Below are positions 1 to 12,509 of a DNA stretch of 64,000 nucleotides, piece after piece. The position numbers and the translations under genes are program-made. How positions within the stretch are numbered: position 1 is the first letter of the stretch; every line of letters begins with the position of its first letter. The notes beneath the pieces are model-generated. The model saw nothing but the letters and a program-made list of their open reading frames with translations, made no database searches and was not told the origin of the DNA. Source of the stretch: Laetmonice hystrix (lineage: Eukaryota); contig OZ249436.1 in NCBI GenBank assembly GCA_965235115.1, forward strand, positions 69,316,001 to 69,380,000, given 5' to 3'.

Positions 1-1634
1 GGGCACCGAAACCATCTCAACTACTGTCTCAACTATAGGGATTACGGCATTATTCTTAAATAACCCCATTTTAATGCTTAAGATATTCTAAATTAGACAA
101 ATCCTTTCGGGATAAAAGTACCGTGGAAAATGAGAAAATAAGCCAATACAAAAATTAATGTTTTCCGATGAAACGAGAAATCATCTCTATTATTATGAAG
201 TCATGGAATGCCTTTAAAGCCGTGATTTCCTGTAAGGTACTATATTATAAGAAGGATAACAAATTGGGCGTAATTTCGACCAAACGATACACAATTTGCT
301 GGTAACATGCAGAGACGATAATTAAAAAATATCAAACAAGAAAACATAACATTTATGCGTAGGAAAGTTTTATTCCTCTAAATCAGATGTCGCTGAAGAT
401 AAGAACACTAACATCATAGTTTTATAACTTACAAATGATTTATAATATCATCCTTATCCTCATCATAATGACAATAATAACACCCAATGTTGGTAGTATA
501 CGGAATGTGTATATACAATATGAGCTGTAGGTGTCAACCACAATACGTGACAAAATCCTCTCTATTAGTCATCTATCGCTGTTGTATCTGTTCCACCCCT
601 GAAATCCCTGCCAAGATATCCTTGGCCTACTACTGACTTCAAAAGCATATATCTGAGGTATGTATATTTGAATAGGCATGATGATTAATGAGATTCCTTG
701 TATGATGTGATACTTTGTCAGTTTACACCAATCATACATTCAGTTTTGTGAAGTTGTTTTTGGAATGTCCATTTCTACGTCTCAATAACGTCCAAGAACT
801 GGTACAGGTTTCAGTAGAAACGTGTCAGTGTATACTGTTAGATTCCATGTGTCAATCAAATAAATAGCCAGGGAATGTGCCAGTGAAATGCCTGCACACA
901 CTGGATTGTGTCTTAACTACAATAGATAGGGGGTAGACTCCACCCTGCCTTCCCGTCTTCAACGTGCCAGAGGCGAGACTAAGTGATCACCAACAATGGC
1001 GGCCAGATGTCGCTCATCAGGCGGACTGATCGACCTCACACTCATCGCGGGCCAATGGAGATTGATGGCACGTCATTCCTCGTTACTTTTACTTCCTAAA
1101 TACATTAGGCTTGTCCTGTCCTCCATCTCACACCAACCCAGCCCACCATGACGGTCAATTGGTGGAAAAATAGACCAAAATAGACAATGACACGTATCAT
1201 ATGAGTTCATATGGCAAATACTCGCCTATCATTATTGCATTGTTGGGTAATCGCGTTCCCCTGCTTGAGATCATGCTAACTTCGCTGCCATCTCAAGGAC
1301 GGTAGTTTCACTCGAAGAGATAAGTAAGTTAGAATAGTGCTCAATACTTTTGAACATACCTACTCATCAAACAACTCATGTTATAGAGCCCTTTGCAGAC
1401 AGTCAGTAATAATTTTTTTTTAATATTATGCAGCCTTTATTCGGTAAAAATGAATCTACCCATCTCCGTTATCCTAATAATGGTTGTAATCTCGCCGTTT
1501 GTAGATATGACAGAAATGTCTTAATGGAACACGGATAAAATCATATAGCACCATTGGTACACCATACATTACTGTATTACACTTATTGCTGAGTACGTCA
1601 ATCCGTAACCACACAGTAAGTAACAGTTGGAATA

Positions 1635-1640
1635 TTTATT
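1635..1640 (-). promoter_or_regulatory. Candidate polyadenylation signal (AATAAA) for Prdm8
   Basis: Plus-strand tttatt lies about 320 bp downstream of the stop codon. Another AATAAA occurs near 1436-1441, so usage is undetermined. Confidence 0.3.
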
Positions 1641-1959
1641 TAATCTAAACAACAGACCCAACTATGTGTGATTGTAACGGTGTACGTGGCTGGACCACGC
1701 TCAAGTTGACATTAATTTAGAGGTTCCCATAACGGATGATTGACTAGAAGAACAACCTCTGCGTTCTCTGTTGACTTTACTGGGCAATGATAAAACTGTT
1801 AAATTGCCATGTTGAAGCACGTCGTCAAAGTGTTTGTTTAAATCTATATCGTTTTCTTTCTTCCATCTCAATCATTTGTTTCAAATGTACAGTTATAAAT
1901 AGATGGCAGAGGTGTCTCAGATTTCCAGCCGAGACACGTCGTTGAGAAGGAAATGCTAT

Positions 1960-3410
1960 TCATTGATGTGACGTCATGTGCCGGGTGAGGTGATGCCGTT
2001 CTCGAAACGCTTCCCCACAAACCGTACACTTCAGTTTGTCTTCTCTCTTCATCTTCTTCACGGGCGCGTCCTTGTGATGCGATCTCATGTGATACACTAG
2101 GTCTGACGTCATCCGGAAGGTGGCGTTGCACTTAGCGCACCAGTTCTGGGTGAGGTTGAGCGCGAAGGGCGCCGGCGTTGGTATTACTGGAGCCTGCAGC
2201 AGTTTCTCCACCATCGGATTCTGACTTTTGTAGAAAGCCGTCATTGGCATTGTCATGGCTCGTCCGTCAGGCATAAAGGACATCTTGGCATGAATGTTGT
2301 TGTTCTCAATGTTGTGAATGTCAGCGAGTTTTTCAGAGGTCGGCCGAGAAATTTCGGACCCGAATTTGGAGTTTAGTGAGTTTCTGTAGAGATCGGACAT
2401 ATTCAAAGGCAGGTTTTCGTTATAATTGTTTCTCGGCATGAAAGCTGGTGGCATGCCGGTGGCACCTGGTAGGAGGGCCAAGCGAGGCAGGAACGAAGGG
2501 TGTGGCACTCCGCCCGCAAAACCTTTATCCTGGCTGGCCATGGCCGTTTTCATGCCGTTGATGGGGGTTGGTGTGTAGAGGGTGGACGCGGCGCTGGAGA
2601 CGGGCCCAAACATCCGACCCGACTCCAGAGGTCGCGTCGGTAGCGGCGGCGACGGCTCCGAACGCACCGTATGTTTCTCCACCTTTCTAAAGGCGCTAAT
2701 GTTTTCGTCATCAGACAAATCATGAATGTTTTGATTCCTGTCCAGTTTACCGTTGTAGGAGGAACCATTGCCGACGCTGATCGGGGAGCAGTCCTCCTGC
2801 ATGCCGGGGAGGGACTGTTGCGAGTCGGCACTCCTGGGTCTGTCCACGGGGGACGGGACCGAGTTCCGACCCCCACAGCTGTTGCTGTCGTCCAGGGCGA
2901 GTTTTTTGGCTGGCAGTTCGGGGTCAGTCTCCTCTATGGGTCGTTTGTCAGGACTAGCCCGGGCCGGGTTCCAAGTCTCCCGGCCCCCGTCCGCCGACCT
3001 ATCGCTGGCTGCTCCCGGGGAATGTTTGCCAGCTGACAAACCGTTAGAGCTGGTCGTACTGGAGGCGGGTGAGGGTAGCATGGGTCGTGTGTGATCCGAC
3101 AGGGACGTGGTCGCCACACTCGAGGACGACGAGCTGGACGAGGACACCGGAAGCCGGAAGTGGGGATATCCCGGATACGGAAACGCCCCGTGAGTGACCT
3201 TGTCGAGGCTGGCTGATCGGAAATCGAAGCCGACGGATGGGAAGAGACGTTCGTGGACGTCCCGTGGTATGGGTCCGGTCGGCCGGATGGCTGTCAGTCC
3301 CATAGGGTGTATGTGGCGCCGGTGTTGGCACTTGAACCTCATGTGGGCTCGCAGACAGTTGGGGTAACGGAACGTCTCCATACAGTACGGGCAGAAGAAA
3401 ACACCACCTT
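1960..3410 (-). CDS. PRDM8: Prdm8 last coding exon: C2HC finger, low-complexity linker, two C-terminal C2H2 fingers, TGA stop
   Basis: Translation ends QNWCAKCNATFRMTSDLVYHMRSHHK...KLKCTVCGEAFRERHHLTRHMTSHQ*. This is nearly identical to the vertebrate PRDM8 C-terminus as I recall it (NWCAKCNASFRMTSDLVYHMRSHHK...KLKCPICNESFRERHHLSRHMTSH). Acceptor tttctcccattacag|AA at 3411 is phase 1, matching the donor at 3800. The ORF-track start at 3432 is intronic. Confidence 0.95.
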
Positions 3411-3800
3411 CTGTAATGGGAGAAATACACATCTGTTAATCCGAGCAACTTCAGGAACTTCATATAAACTATGAATATGGGATCTTTGCAGTAAATCTAC
3501 TGCATACACAGAGGGATTATCCTAGAGCCAAGCTATATCATCTTTCGATGTATAAGGACCATGCTAACGTCTTTGGCGATCGTAAGGTTCACATCAGCGC
3601 TATACAAGAACGCACGGCAGTCCTAGTTACAAACATAATGTTAGGTGGCTAAAATCGAGCCACCGTATATTCAGACCATGAAAGGCAGTGTCATCTGTGT
3701 ACGACAGAAGCAAGAGTTAAGTCCAAGAAACATTTTCCTAAAATCGTCCGAGTTGATCAGATTTTTGAACCTCTAGTTGGAGCAGTGCTCAGTGACTCAC

Positions 3801-4029
3801 CTCGGATGTGGAAGGGCATGAGTTCAGGTACTCCAAGGGCGGCGGCCAGCTCCTTGCTGTACCAGACCAACACCTCCTCACCGACCCCAATGGTACGTGT
3901 TGACCGGTAGTGGAGTTGACCATCCTTGAGGAACGCTTCCAAGTTCTGTTCACGCTCATCACGTGCAGGTTGTACGTACGGTACCCACTCTCCTGCTCGG
4001 CCCTCCTCCATACACTCGGCGATATCCAA
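3801..4029 (-). CDS. PRDM8: Prdm8 middle coding exon (229 bp): C-terminal half of the PR/SET domain
   Basis: Encodes LDIAECMEEGRAGEWVPYVQPARDEREQNLEAFLKDGQLHYRSTRTIGVGEEVLVWYSKELAAALGVPELMPFHIR, with the PR-domain hallmarks W..YV..AR...EQNLEA and EELxVWY. Acceptor ttttccaccag|TTG is phase 0. Donor CGAG|gtgagt is phase 1. Spliced junction reads PFHIR-E-GGVFFCPYC. Confidence 0.93.
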
Positions 4030-7000
4030 CTGGTGGAAAACAAACAATACACATTGTGTAAATATATGGAGACGTTTTCAAAGGTATTATTCGATGGTCT
4101 CTATTTGTATCTCAGCGAGTTTCTGTATCATGTATGGCTGTCCATGACGGTGAAACGTCATTGTGGATCTGGTCCTTTATGACAAGAAACTTGTTATAAT
4201 GGAAGCGGTTTGCAGGTAAATAGAATCCAATAATAGTTACTGCCTGATGCCATCATTTCAAGGACCATATCCTTGTAATCAAGTTTGCATTGATTTAGCC
4301 TAAATGTACATGTTTGATTGGTGATGAAGTCACACAAGTCGGCTGATGCTGGAAGCACTATAATTATAGTGTACAGAGCAGCTGTTGGAAGCCGTGTCAG
4401 CCGCGTTGATGGATTCCGACTTTCGATTGGTGAAGCGTGCGATATTCCCTTCACGGGTTTGAAATTTGAAATGAATGCCTGGCGCAATTATCGTGTTATC
4501 ATGCGAGGTTGGAAATAATTTCTCGGCTGCAGGTAATTGGTACGAGAGTTGGTGGTGGTAAGAAACTGGCCGCTGAGACATGCCGGTTGACCACATCACG
4601 GCAACCATGTTTACAGATGGAATAGAGCGACTCATCCTTCGAGACAAAGCGAATCGATATCATTACCGCTCAGTTGATCCGTTAGTTACACAAATAAATG
4701 CTGAAATGATATTTGATTATGGGTTTTATTCTCGAATCCGTCCAAAATAATAACCTTATTAGGATTGGAACAGCAAGATAGAAATCGACGACAGAAATTA
4801 TGGAGAAATGTTCTGATTCTATCGCTGAAGACGGCTATAGTTTTGCCAATCTACTGCCACAGAATCCATCGATTAAAAGCAATGCCAGGCAAGAAAACAA
4901 ATACTTGCTTACGACGACATTACCAATGGAGACGGAAACCAAATTTACTCCTAACAAACATTACGGTACCCTAGCGAGCTTTTCTTTTTCCGTAAAGATA
5001 ACATTAGCTATATATTTCATGTTGAAAAGCTCCCCTACGATATTTTCCGTGGCCCCTGGCCAGATTAAGGGCGCCATCCAATTCTCCAGTGATCATATAA
5101 ATTTGCAATTGAGGAGAAAAGACGATGGATCTTTCACAGAAGGCGGGGTTCTCGGACACCAAGCAGACAGGCCAATAGATGGTATTCAGTATAGATGGCC
5201 CCCAAAATGCGAGGTACCAGAAGAACTTGGTCAGCGCGCCTTGGAGAGGTCGATGAAGGCTGATGCTGAGCAGACACCCAGTAAATGCTAGGTCCGATTC
5301 TAATCATCCGTCGGCCAGCTCGCAGACAAGCGTATTTGGCCTGTGCCTAGCAGGGTCACACAGGAGAAGGTGGTGGCTGAGTGCCGCATAACTCAGTGAG
5401 TGATTGTGGGCTTAGCGTGGCCCGGCCCCATGGAGTCCTTTGTGTAGGTTGAGGTGGAGGGGGCTATCATGGAAACAGATACAACACGACAAGGAGAGGA
5501 TGGGAGGGCGGCTCGAGTCAGCTGGGAGTTGTCGGTGTGCCGGGCAGAGACCGAATCTTATAGGACTTGGGTGTTGTCATTCAGTCGGCATACCTGCCCC
5601 CCGACATCCCTCAGCTACAGGACGGCCAGCAGCCGGATACCTGCCAGTAAGATATCCTCTCTTCAATAACTGTAATCCGTATGTCAGCAGCAGCAAGGTT
5701 CTCACTTGGTCTACTTAAAGTCCCTCGCGCTTCGCCATATTTCTTATTTCTTCCCGCCTTTTGGCACTTTACTTGTGGCCTTTCGTGCTAGTTCATTAAC
5801 TTCGCAGCCATATTTCACGTCTCCGGGAAGGAGGGAAGCAGGCACAGGCGGCAAGGAATAATTAAGCAACTACAATAGGCGCGAAGAAGGGAGTCCCCTG
5901 GCACGCTATCTCCTCCCCAGCCTCCCTGTATCTTCTGGCAGCATCCTAACTGCCGCTCGATCATCACGGGTCAGGGGTGACCAGGATCAGAAAGGTCACG
6001 CCGTCTCTCAGCCAATCAGAGCGTTGCCAGGGCTGGCGACACTGACCCAGGCCGGGGCAGCAATGGCACCGTGCTGACCTGTGTTGCTTTAGTCGGCCTG
6101 AGTGTTTCACTCGGTAATCTAAGTCTGGCCGTGCGGACCTAGCCAATTGTGAAATTGCATGCCAATACAATATGAATTTAAGGGGGAGATCGAGGGAGAA
6201 CAGCGGGGGACGGATTGAAGGAGGATCTAGCTTCTTCTTTTCTTCTGGCCAAACCTGAACAATAACAAATCTGAGGAATTGTTTTCTTGTTTTCCTTTTC
6301 AAGAATTGTTCATGCTTTTACCCTTAACAGATGCCCGATGGACTTGTCTTCTTGTGTTTTTAATTGTTTTATGTAACGAGAGTACAATCGGATAACTTCT
6401 CTTATTATTGTTCTACTCTCCAGACCAGATCGTGGGTTTCCTTATTTAGTTTGTATTCTGACTATCACCTGCTCTATGCGTTGAGATCTCCCAAGTAGTT
6501 GACTGGACTGCTATAAGTTTACTGGCACAATACAACCAACAGTTCTACCTCCAGTGCCACTCCAAAGATTTATCAGTGAGCCATGTATTAAATAGCTCAA
6601 GTACCATCGGGTTCGATCCTACAGGGAAGCCATGATCATGAGTCAGGGAACTGACTGACCGTACGGGCTGGTATCACAGATGGTGTGTATGTTTAGGTTT
6701 AATACGGTAAGGTTATTCCTCACGCTATCAGACCGCTGGCCCAGGGTCTGGCTGGCATTTATATGGCCCGGATTAACGGCAGTCATTGAACGCACTCACT
6801 CACAGCCTAACGAGATGGCTCGCCGTCTGGACTGAAGTCGACAGATTTTTACAACTTTACATTCGGCAGACTGTTGACAGTGCGTTATACCTTTATATTG
6901 CTCTGACATATATGACAACATAATCAAGGAGGCGGCTGTTACGTAAGGTGAACATTTTCTGTTGACATGTGTATTATTTGTGTACGTGACCACGATGTTA

Positions 7001-8413
7001 TCAATAGACAGAATCTACGTAATCCTGTACGATTACAACCCGGACATCCCGGAGGAAACGTGCCGCGTGAAGGAATGTCAGTAGCCGTCTCCAGCGGTTC
7101 GGGATACGATGGAGAACCCCCCAGACTCGTAAAGAACGGGTCTATTGTGAGCCAGTCAAACGTCACTCATTGAGCGCAGTCACTTAGCGAGTCACAGATG
7201 GGGCCCGTACACCCGGCTATTCATGTGCAAATCTTGGACCAGGTGCGCGTGGCCGCCACACTCGGGGCCGGGCCTAGGCGTCACAATCTCATGTCGACTC
7301 GACACCTTTGATTTGTTACATATTGTGTAGGTCGGTCAAATACTAGCCAGGGTAGGGAGGCGACCGTGGGAACTGGGCGTGAATGATTGATGGCAAAGTT
7401 AGGAGAGTTGACATATGCTGCGTGAAGATTGAACGTTTTCATTCATGATAGGAGATATACCCGCGGCCAACAGTCGATGTCAATGTATACTTTAACTGAC
7501 ACCATTCTTACTGTACTCCAAACAATGAAAACGGTGGGGCACTGTTATTAACTTTTTTATGTGTTATTATAACACCTTCAACTGTGCTGCGCAGTAAAGT
7601 GGTAAATGGAAAGGTAAATACTGTTTTTAGGTTGCAAACAATTTAAAGTCACAACATTTTTAAAACCTGTATAATCGACACCCTGCCATATAATTCAGCT
7701 TAGTGTCACATGTAAAACTCAAATAAATTGAAGTGAGACCAACCAAATGTAATTGTGAGAACGCTCAGCTGACTCCGTTGCAATATCTTTCTCAGATTTT
7801 TAGCTAATTCTGATTGGCATGTTTAGAAAGCAAGCGTAGGCCTATTATGATAATCAAATGTGGTAGAGCGATACCAGAAGTTAGCATGGGATTCCCCCAG
7901 ATTCCCCAGGACTTGTGACTATTATGGGATGTTGTTCGACGTCATTTACAGCGCCCCTTTCAGACAGCGGAGGCAAATTCGAACTCCTGTTATAGCTTCG
8001 GTCCGAGTCATAATTAACAGAAATCATCATACTGCAGTACTGCAGCAACAGTGTGTCTTCATATATATGTCAAAAGGTTGCTATTGGTGACAGGTAAGTG
8101 TTTTATTTTCGAAGTTACTTACGATATACCTTTAACTGGTCTAACACACAAGAAAGCGATAGAATTGTACATCTAAACAGAAGCTATCAAATAAAATATA
8201 TACTAATGGCGTTCATGTGGGAAAGGTTTTGCGATCTGCGATCTCCATCTTTTGAGATCTTTCAAATGAAATAACAACCTTCCAAATCCCCTCCATATCT
8301 TCACCAAGTCATAAAACATCGATATCTCCTTTGAAATGTTTCCCACAACAAGAGGCCGGTACGTCTGACACCGTGACGTCCTGCCCCGCTGTGACCCCTG
8401 AGGTTTGACGTAC

Positions 8414-8562
8414 CTTAACTGTGTGGATGTCAGGTCGGTTGTCACACGTCATGTGACCAATGAGGAGGGCGGGGTCACTCAGTGTGAGGTTGGCAGGGAC
8501 CGGGCCGAACACCTTGCCGGCCGCTATGACGACTGTCGTTAGGATTCCCATCTTCACAGCTC
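8414..8562 (-). CDS. PRDM8: Prdm8 upstream exon (149 bp): N-terminal half of the PR/SET domain, candidate start ATG at 8551
   Basis: Encodes (G)AVKMGILTTVVIAAGKVFGPVPANLTLSDPALLIGHMTCDNRPDIHTVK, with the PR-domain T..I..G..FGP motif. Acceptor tgtttgtttttgacag|GA. Donor AAG|gtacgt is phase 0, matching the acceptor at 4030. The ATG has a strong context (AAG ATG G). Confidence 0.85.
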
Positions 8563-9019
8563 CTGTCAAAAACAAACATTGGAAACTGTGAACCACGATA
8601 AAAACACCACTGGGTCCTCTACATGAAGTCATTGTAATCGACCAAGTGTAGCAGCACAAATACGATTAGGTTGGTATGCTTATAATGACATTTTCCCTCG
8701 CTTCTAAGAATTTCAATATTGTACAATTACAAAATAAGTAAGCAGTGTACAGTATAATTCGTATAATATTAGCAGTATTGAAAGATACTAAATCTATTTA
8801 CCATGCATGTGATTTATTTCAAGACTTTCTGTTATGGGCAAGAATTTTGTGGAAGGTCATGTTTGGGGCTTTTGGAAAGTCAGTTTGCAATACTGTGGTT
8901 GTGGTGGTAAACCGTAAACAGTGGAGCGAGCCCATCGTTTACGGAATCGATCGTTAACCTGAACACCCTGGGATTGGGAGACAGACAGATCGTTTTCTCC
9001 ACATGTCTCCTGTTATCTT

Positions 9020-10264
9020 TCCCGGACCGATCCCTGAGAGGGTTTGTATCGGGTAACGTTTGTCACACGGTCAGGACGGTCCGTGGTTAGTCCCGGACCG
9101 ATCCCTGAGAGGGTTTGTATCGGGTAACGTTTGTCACACGGTCAGGACGGTCCGTTAGTCCCGAACCGATCCCTGAGAGGGTTTGTATCGGGTAACGTTT
9201 GTCACACGGTCAGGACGGTTCGTTAGTCCCGGACCGATCCCTGAGAGGGTTTGTATCGGGTAACGTTTGTCACACGGTCAGGACGGTCCGTCAGTCCTGG
9301 ACCGATCCCTGAGAGGGTTTGTATCGGGTAACGTTTGTCACACGGTCAGGACAGTCCGTGGTTAGTCCCGGACCGATCCCTGAGAGGGTTTGTATCGGGT
9401 AACGTTTGTCATACGGTCAGGACGGTCCGTCAGTCCCGGACCGATCCCTGAGAGGGTTTGTATCGGGTAACGTTTGTCACACGGTCAGGACGGTCCGTCA
9501 GTCCCGGACCGATCCCTGAGAGGGTTTGTATCGGGTAACGTTTGTCACACGGTCAGGACGGTCCGTTAGTCCCGGACCGATCCCTGAGAGGGTTTGTATC
9601 GGGTAACGTTTGTCACACGGTCAGGACGGTCCGTTAGTCCTGGACCGATCCCTGAGAGGGTTTGTATCGGGTAACGTTTGTCACACGGTCAGGACGGTCC
9701 GTGGTTAGTCCCGGACCGATCCCTGAGAGGGTTTGTATCGGGTAACGTTTGTCACACGGTCAGGACGGTCCGTTAGTCCCGGACCGATCCCTGAGAGGGT
9801 TTGTATCGGGTAACGTTTGTCACACGGTCAGGACGGTCCGTGGTTAGTCCCGGACCGATCCCTGAGAGGGTTTGTATCGGGTAACGTTTGTCACACGGTC
9901 AGGACGGTCCGTTAGTCCTGGACCGATCCCTGAGAGGGTTTGTATCGGGTAACGTTTGTCACACGGTCAGGACGGTCCGTGGTTAGTCCCGGACCGATCC
10001 CTGAGAGGGTTTGTATCGGGTAACGTTTGTCACACGGTCAGGACGGTCCGTTAGTCCTGGACCGATCCCTGAGAGGGTTTGTATCGGGTAACGTTTGTCA
10101 CACGGTCAGGACGGTCCGTGGTCAGTCCCGGACCGATCCCTGAGAGGGTTTGTATCGGGTAACGTTTGTCACACGGTCAGGACGGTCCGTTAGTCCCGGA
10201 CCGATCCCTGAGAGGGTTTGTATCGGGTAACGTTTGTCACACGGTCAGGACGGTCCGTGGTTAG
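9020..10264. repeat. Minisatellite, 18 copies of a 68/71-bp unit
   Basis: Unit tcccggaccgatccctgagagggtttgtatcgggtaacgtttgtcacacggtcaggacggtccgt(ggt)tag. I counted 18 atcgggtaacg cores from 9050 to 10224 at spacings of 68 or 71 bp. Confidence 0.97.
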
Positions 10265-10356
10265 ATTCTGGTCGGAGCAGACGGAGAGACCACCGTCAAT
10301 GTCTGACGTGTTGGGTTGATGGACAGGAGGTGGGAGCCCCGAACGTCTCCCAACTA

Positions 10357-10405
10357 CCCCCCACCCCCACCCCCACCCCCACCCTCCCTCTCTCCTCCTC
10401 CCCCT
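10357..10405. repeat. (CCCCCA)n / pyrimidine tract with G-quadruplex potential on the minus strand
   Basis: cccccc-acccccacccccaccccc-accctccctctctcctcctcccctcc, about 90 bp beyond the end of the 68/71-bp array. Confidence 0.7.
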
Positions 10406-12458
10406 CCTCATCTCAGACCGCGCGCACACTTCGGCACATCTGTAAATCTTGCCCCCGAAAGCATATGCTCCGCCACCTCAATTTGCGGCCAGGTTGTCTG
10501 TCCCAACGCTCTTGATAGGACATCAATTGTAGACGTGAAGGGTAGCGTTCGCATCTGGTCAGCCGCTAAGTCGATTTGGTTTTGTCGGCTGACGGTGCCG
10601 CGTCAGGGCTTGAGGGGCCCGGCGCCTGCCGCCCGCGCTCTCCCAACTACTCCATCTAACGTAGTTGGGGGTCTCTGAAGGGAACGGTCATCAACGTAGA
10701 CCGGCTGCGGGCGGCTCTCATTGCGTACACCGGGCGCCGACCCCCAGATTAGTGATGTGTCATTAGGGTATTAGCTGTCACTGTGGAGACCGGTGAGCCT
10801 CTAACACGCTCCTACTAACCCAGCCGACCAACTCAAGCTACGCCACCACCCTCACATCCCATGGATCATCACGACCAGGAAACGCCAAGACGGGGCGCCG
10901 GCTTACGGCCGTCTGAATGTAATTAATCTCTGTGAAAGGATAGCCCTTGTGTCAATAGAATACATCCTAGTAATTCGTCGACAAGTACCCTCCAAGTAGC
11001 CTAATTAGGTAAACACACATAGCCTGCCTCTTACGGACATTTGCATGTACTACTAACTTTAAGTGCCCGGAGACTACTGAAGCAACAACCCTTCGTACAT
11101 GCTGTGCCTGAGCAAGTCAATTCAACGTCATTGGGACACAATCTTCGGTGAAGTAGAACTGCACATAGCATGGTTAAACATCGTTATTAAAATGTATTAT
11201 CCTTGATAATGCACCTTTTTAAACTTAGCGGCAGACTCTGCTGTATCATCATAGCGGGATGCTCTAGGAATTATATCCCTTGTTCAGTGTTTACAACGCA
11301 AGCGGGCACCATTCACGTGCATCGTCCGGAGTCGTTATTCCTTGTCGTGTCGCTTATTGAGTCATTGCCACTTCAAACCTTGCAGTCCCGTGGCGTCTGC
11401 TCTATACCATTACAGGCAATAGCTCATCGCTAAATACTTTACATAGCTCCCTTCTCAACGGCCTGCTGTTTTATACCGCTTGCCTTTTATCCGACGTCCC
11501 TTATCCCACTCGCCCAATGAACGCACATTTCAAATAAACACCAAGAAGACTCGATTACGCCTGATTGCTGTAGATTTCCAGGGGAGGAAGAATATGTTTT
11601 TGCCGATTAGGTTATATTTCCCGCTACTCCTAATGACGGCTACCCTTTTGCCAGCTATTGAACGAGCGTTTTAAGTAATCAACGCGCAAATTGCAAATTC
11701 ATCGCATTTACGGCGCAAAAGTAAATTGAACAGATCCGCGCAGTTGTTCGCAATTCAATAATGCTGTTTTGATATATGGTAATTTGAACACTTATAGAAA
11801 TGCTAAATCCGGATATAATCCTGTTACTTTATTACCGGGAACATTAATTAAAATAGATATCCTCATTAGACGTTGGCCAGTGCCGCTCGCAGCCACTGAA
11901 TTGCGGCGCAGTGATCTAAAAGTGAATTAATGCTGCGGAGTGAGCGGTTTCTAAGGGGTTCAGGTGGTACGAATTTACAACTAATTTACACTGATTCATC
12001 TGAGAATTATTGAAATTCTCCCTAGACTTTTAAAAGATGCTCGTCTGACGTCACGTGTACACACAGCTGGTAATGAGTTAAATGGCATTTAGGTCGACCA
12101 TATGTCACAGGGAGAGGGAGTCGGATGGAGGTAGGCGTACGTCAGCGCACATCAATCTCCGCTATCCCATCTGATTCAACCTGATGGTAGCGCGCCACCG
12201 CCGTGCCCAATCCGCTAAATGATGTAAATATGTCCATTTTCAGGAGATTGCAAAATGTGTGTCCGTGAAATGGGACGGTGCACACATGGGTGGAGCATGC
12301 TGATGAGCATGTGGTCAAGCCAATACATAGGTCCTTTCCGTTCGGCAGGCGATCACCCGGAAACGTGAAGTGAGCGGAGGCATTTAGTGGCGCGAGGCCT
12401 TAAACTTAAAGCCGCACGTGTCGGTTTGATAAGTGGCGGCCATCGTGCGCAGGGAGAC

Positions 12459-12509
12459 GGGTGGTGGTGGTGGGAGGGGGGGGGGGGGGGCGTGAGGAGG
12501 GGGGGGGGG
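12459..12509. repeat. (GGT)n plus poly-G tracts
   Basis: gggtggtggtggtgggag followed by two long G runs. Confidence 0.8.

Noticed and set aside
1868-3474. Small ORFs overlapping the Prdm8 last exon in other frames and strands
   Set aside because: Shadow ORFs of GC-rich coding sequence with no recognisable domains.
4800-5291. 163-aa plus-strand ORF in Prdm8 intron 1
   Set aside because: No recognisable motif and no supporting splice or promoter context.
1960-8562. PRDM9-like gene linked to local minisatellite instability
   Set aside because: No KRAB/SSXRD region or tandem finger array; the C-terminal fingers are PRDM8-type.
9030-9039. TCCCTGAGA in each unit matches the 5' end of miR-125/lin-4
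   Set aside because: Only 9 nt match, the rest diverges, and there is no pre-miRNA hairpin.
9020-10264. CRISPR-like array
   Set aside because: Units are contiguous and near-identical with no unique spacers, there are no cas genes, and the context is eukaryotic. The same applies to the other arrays.
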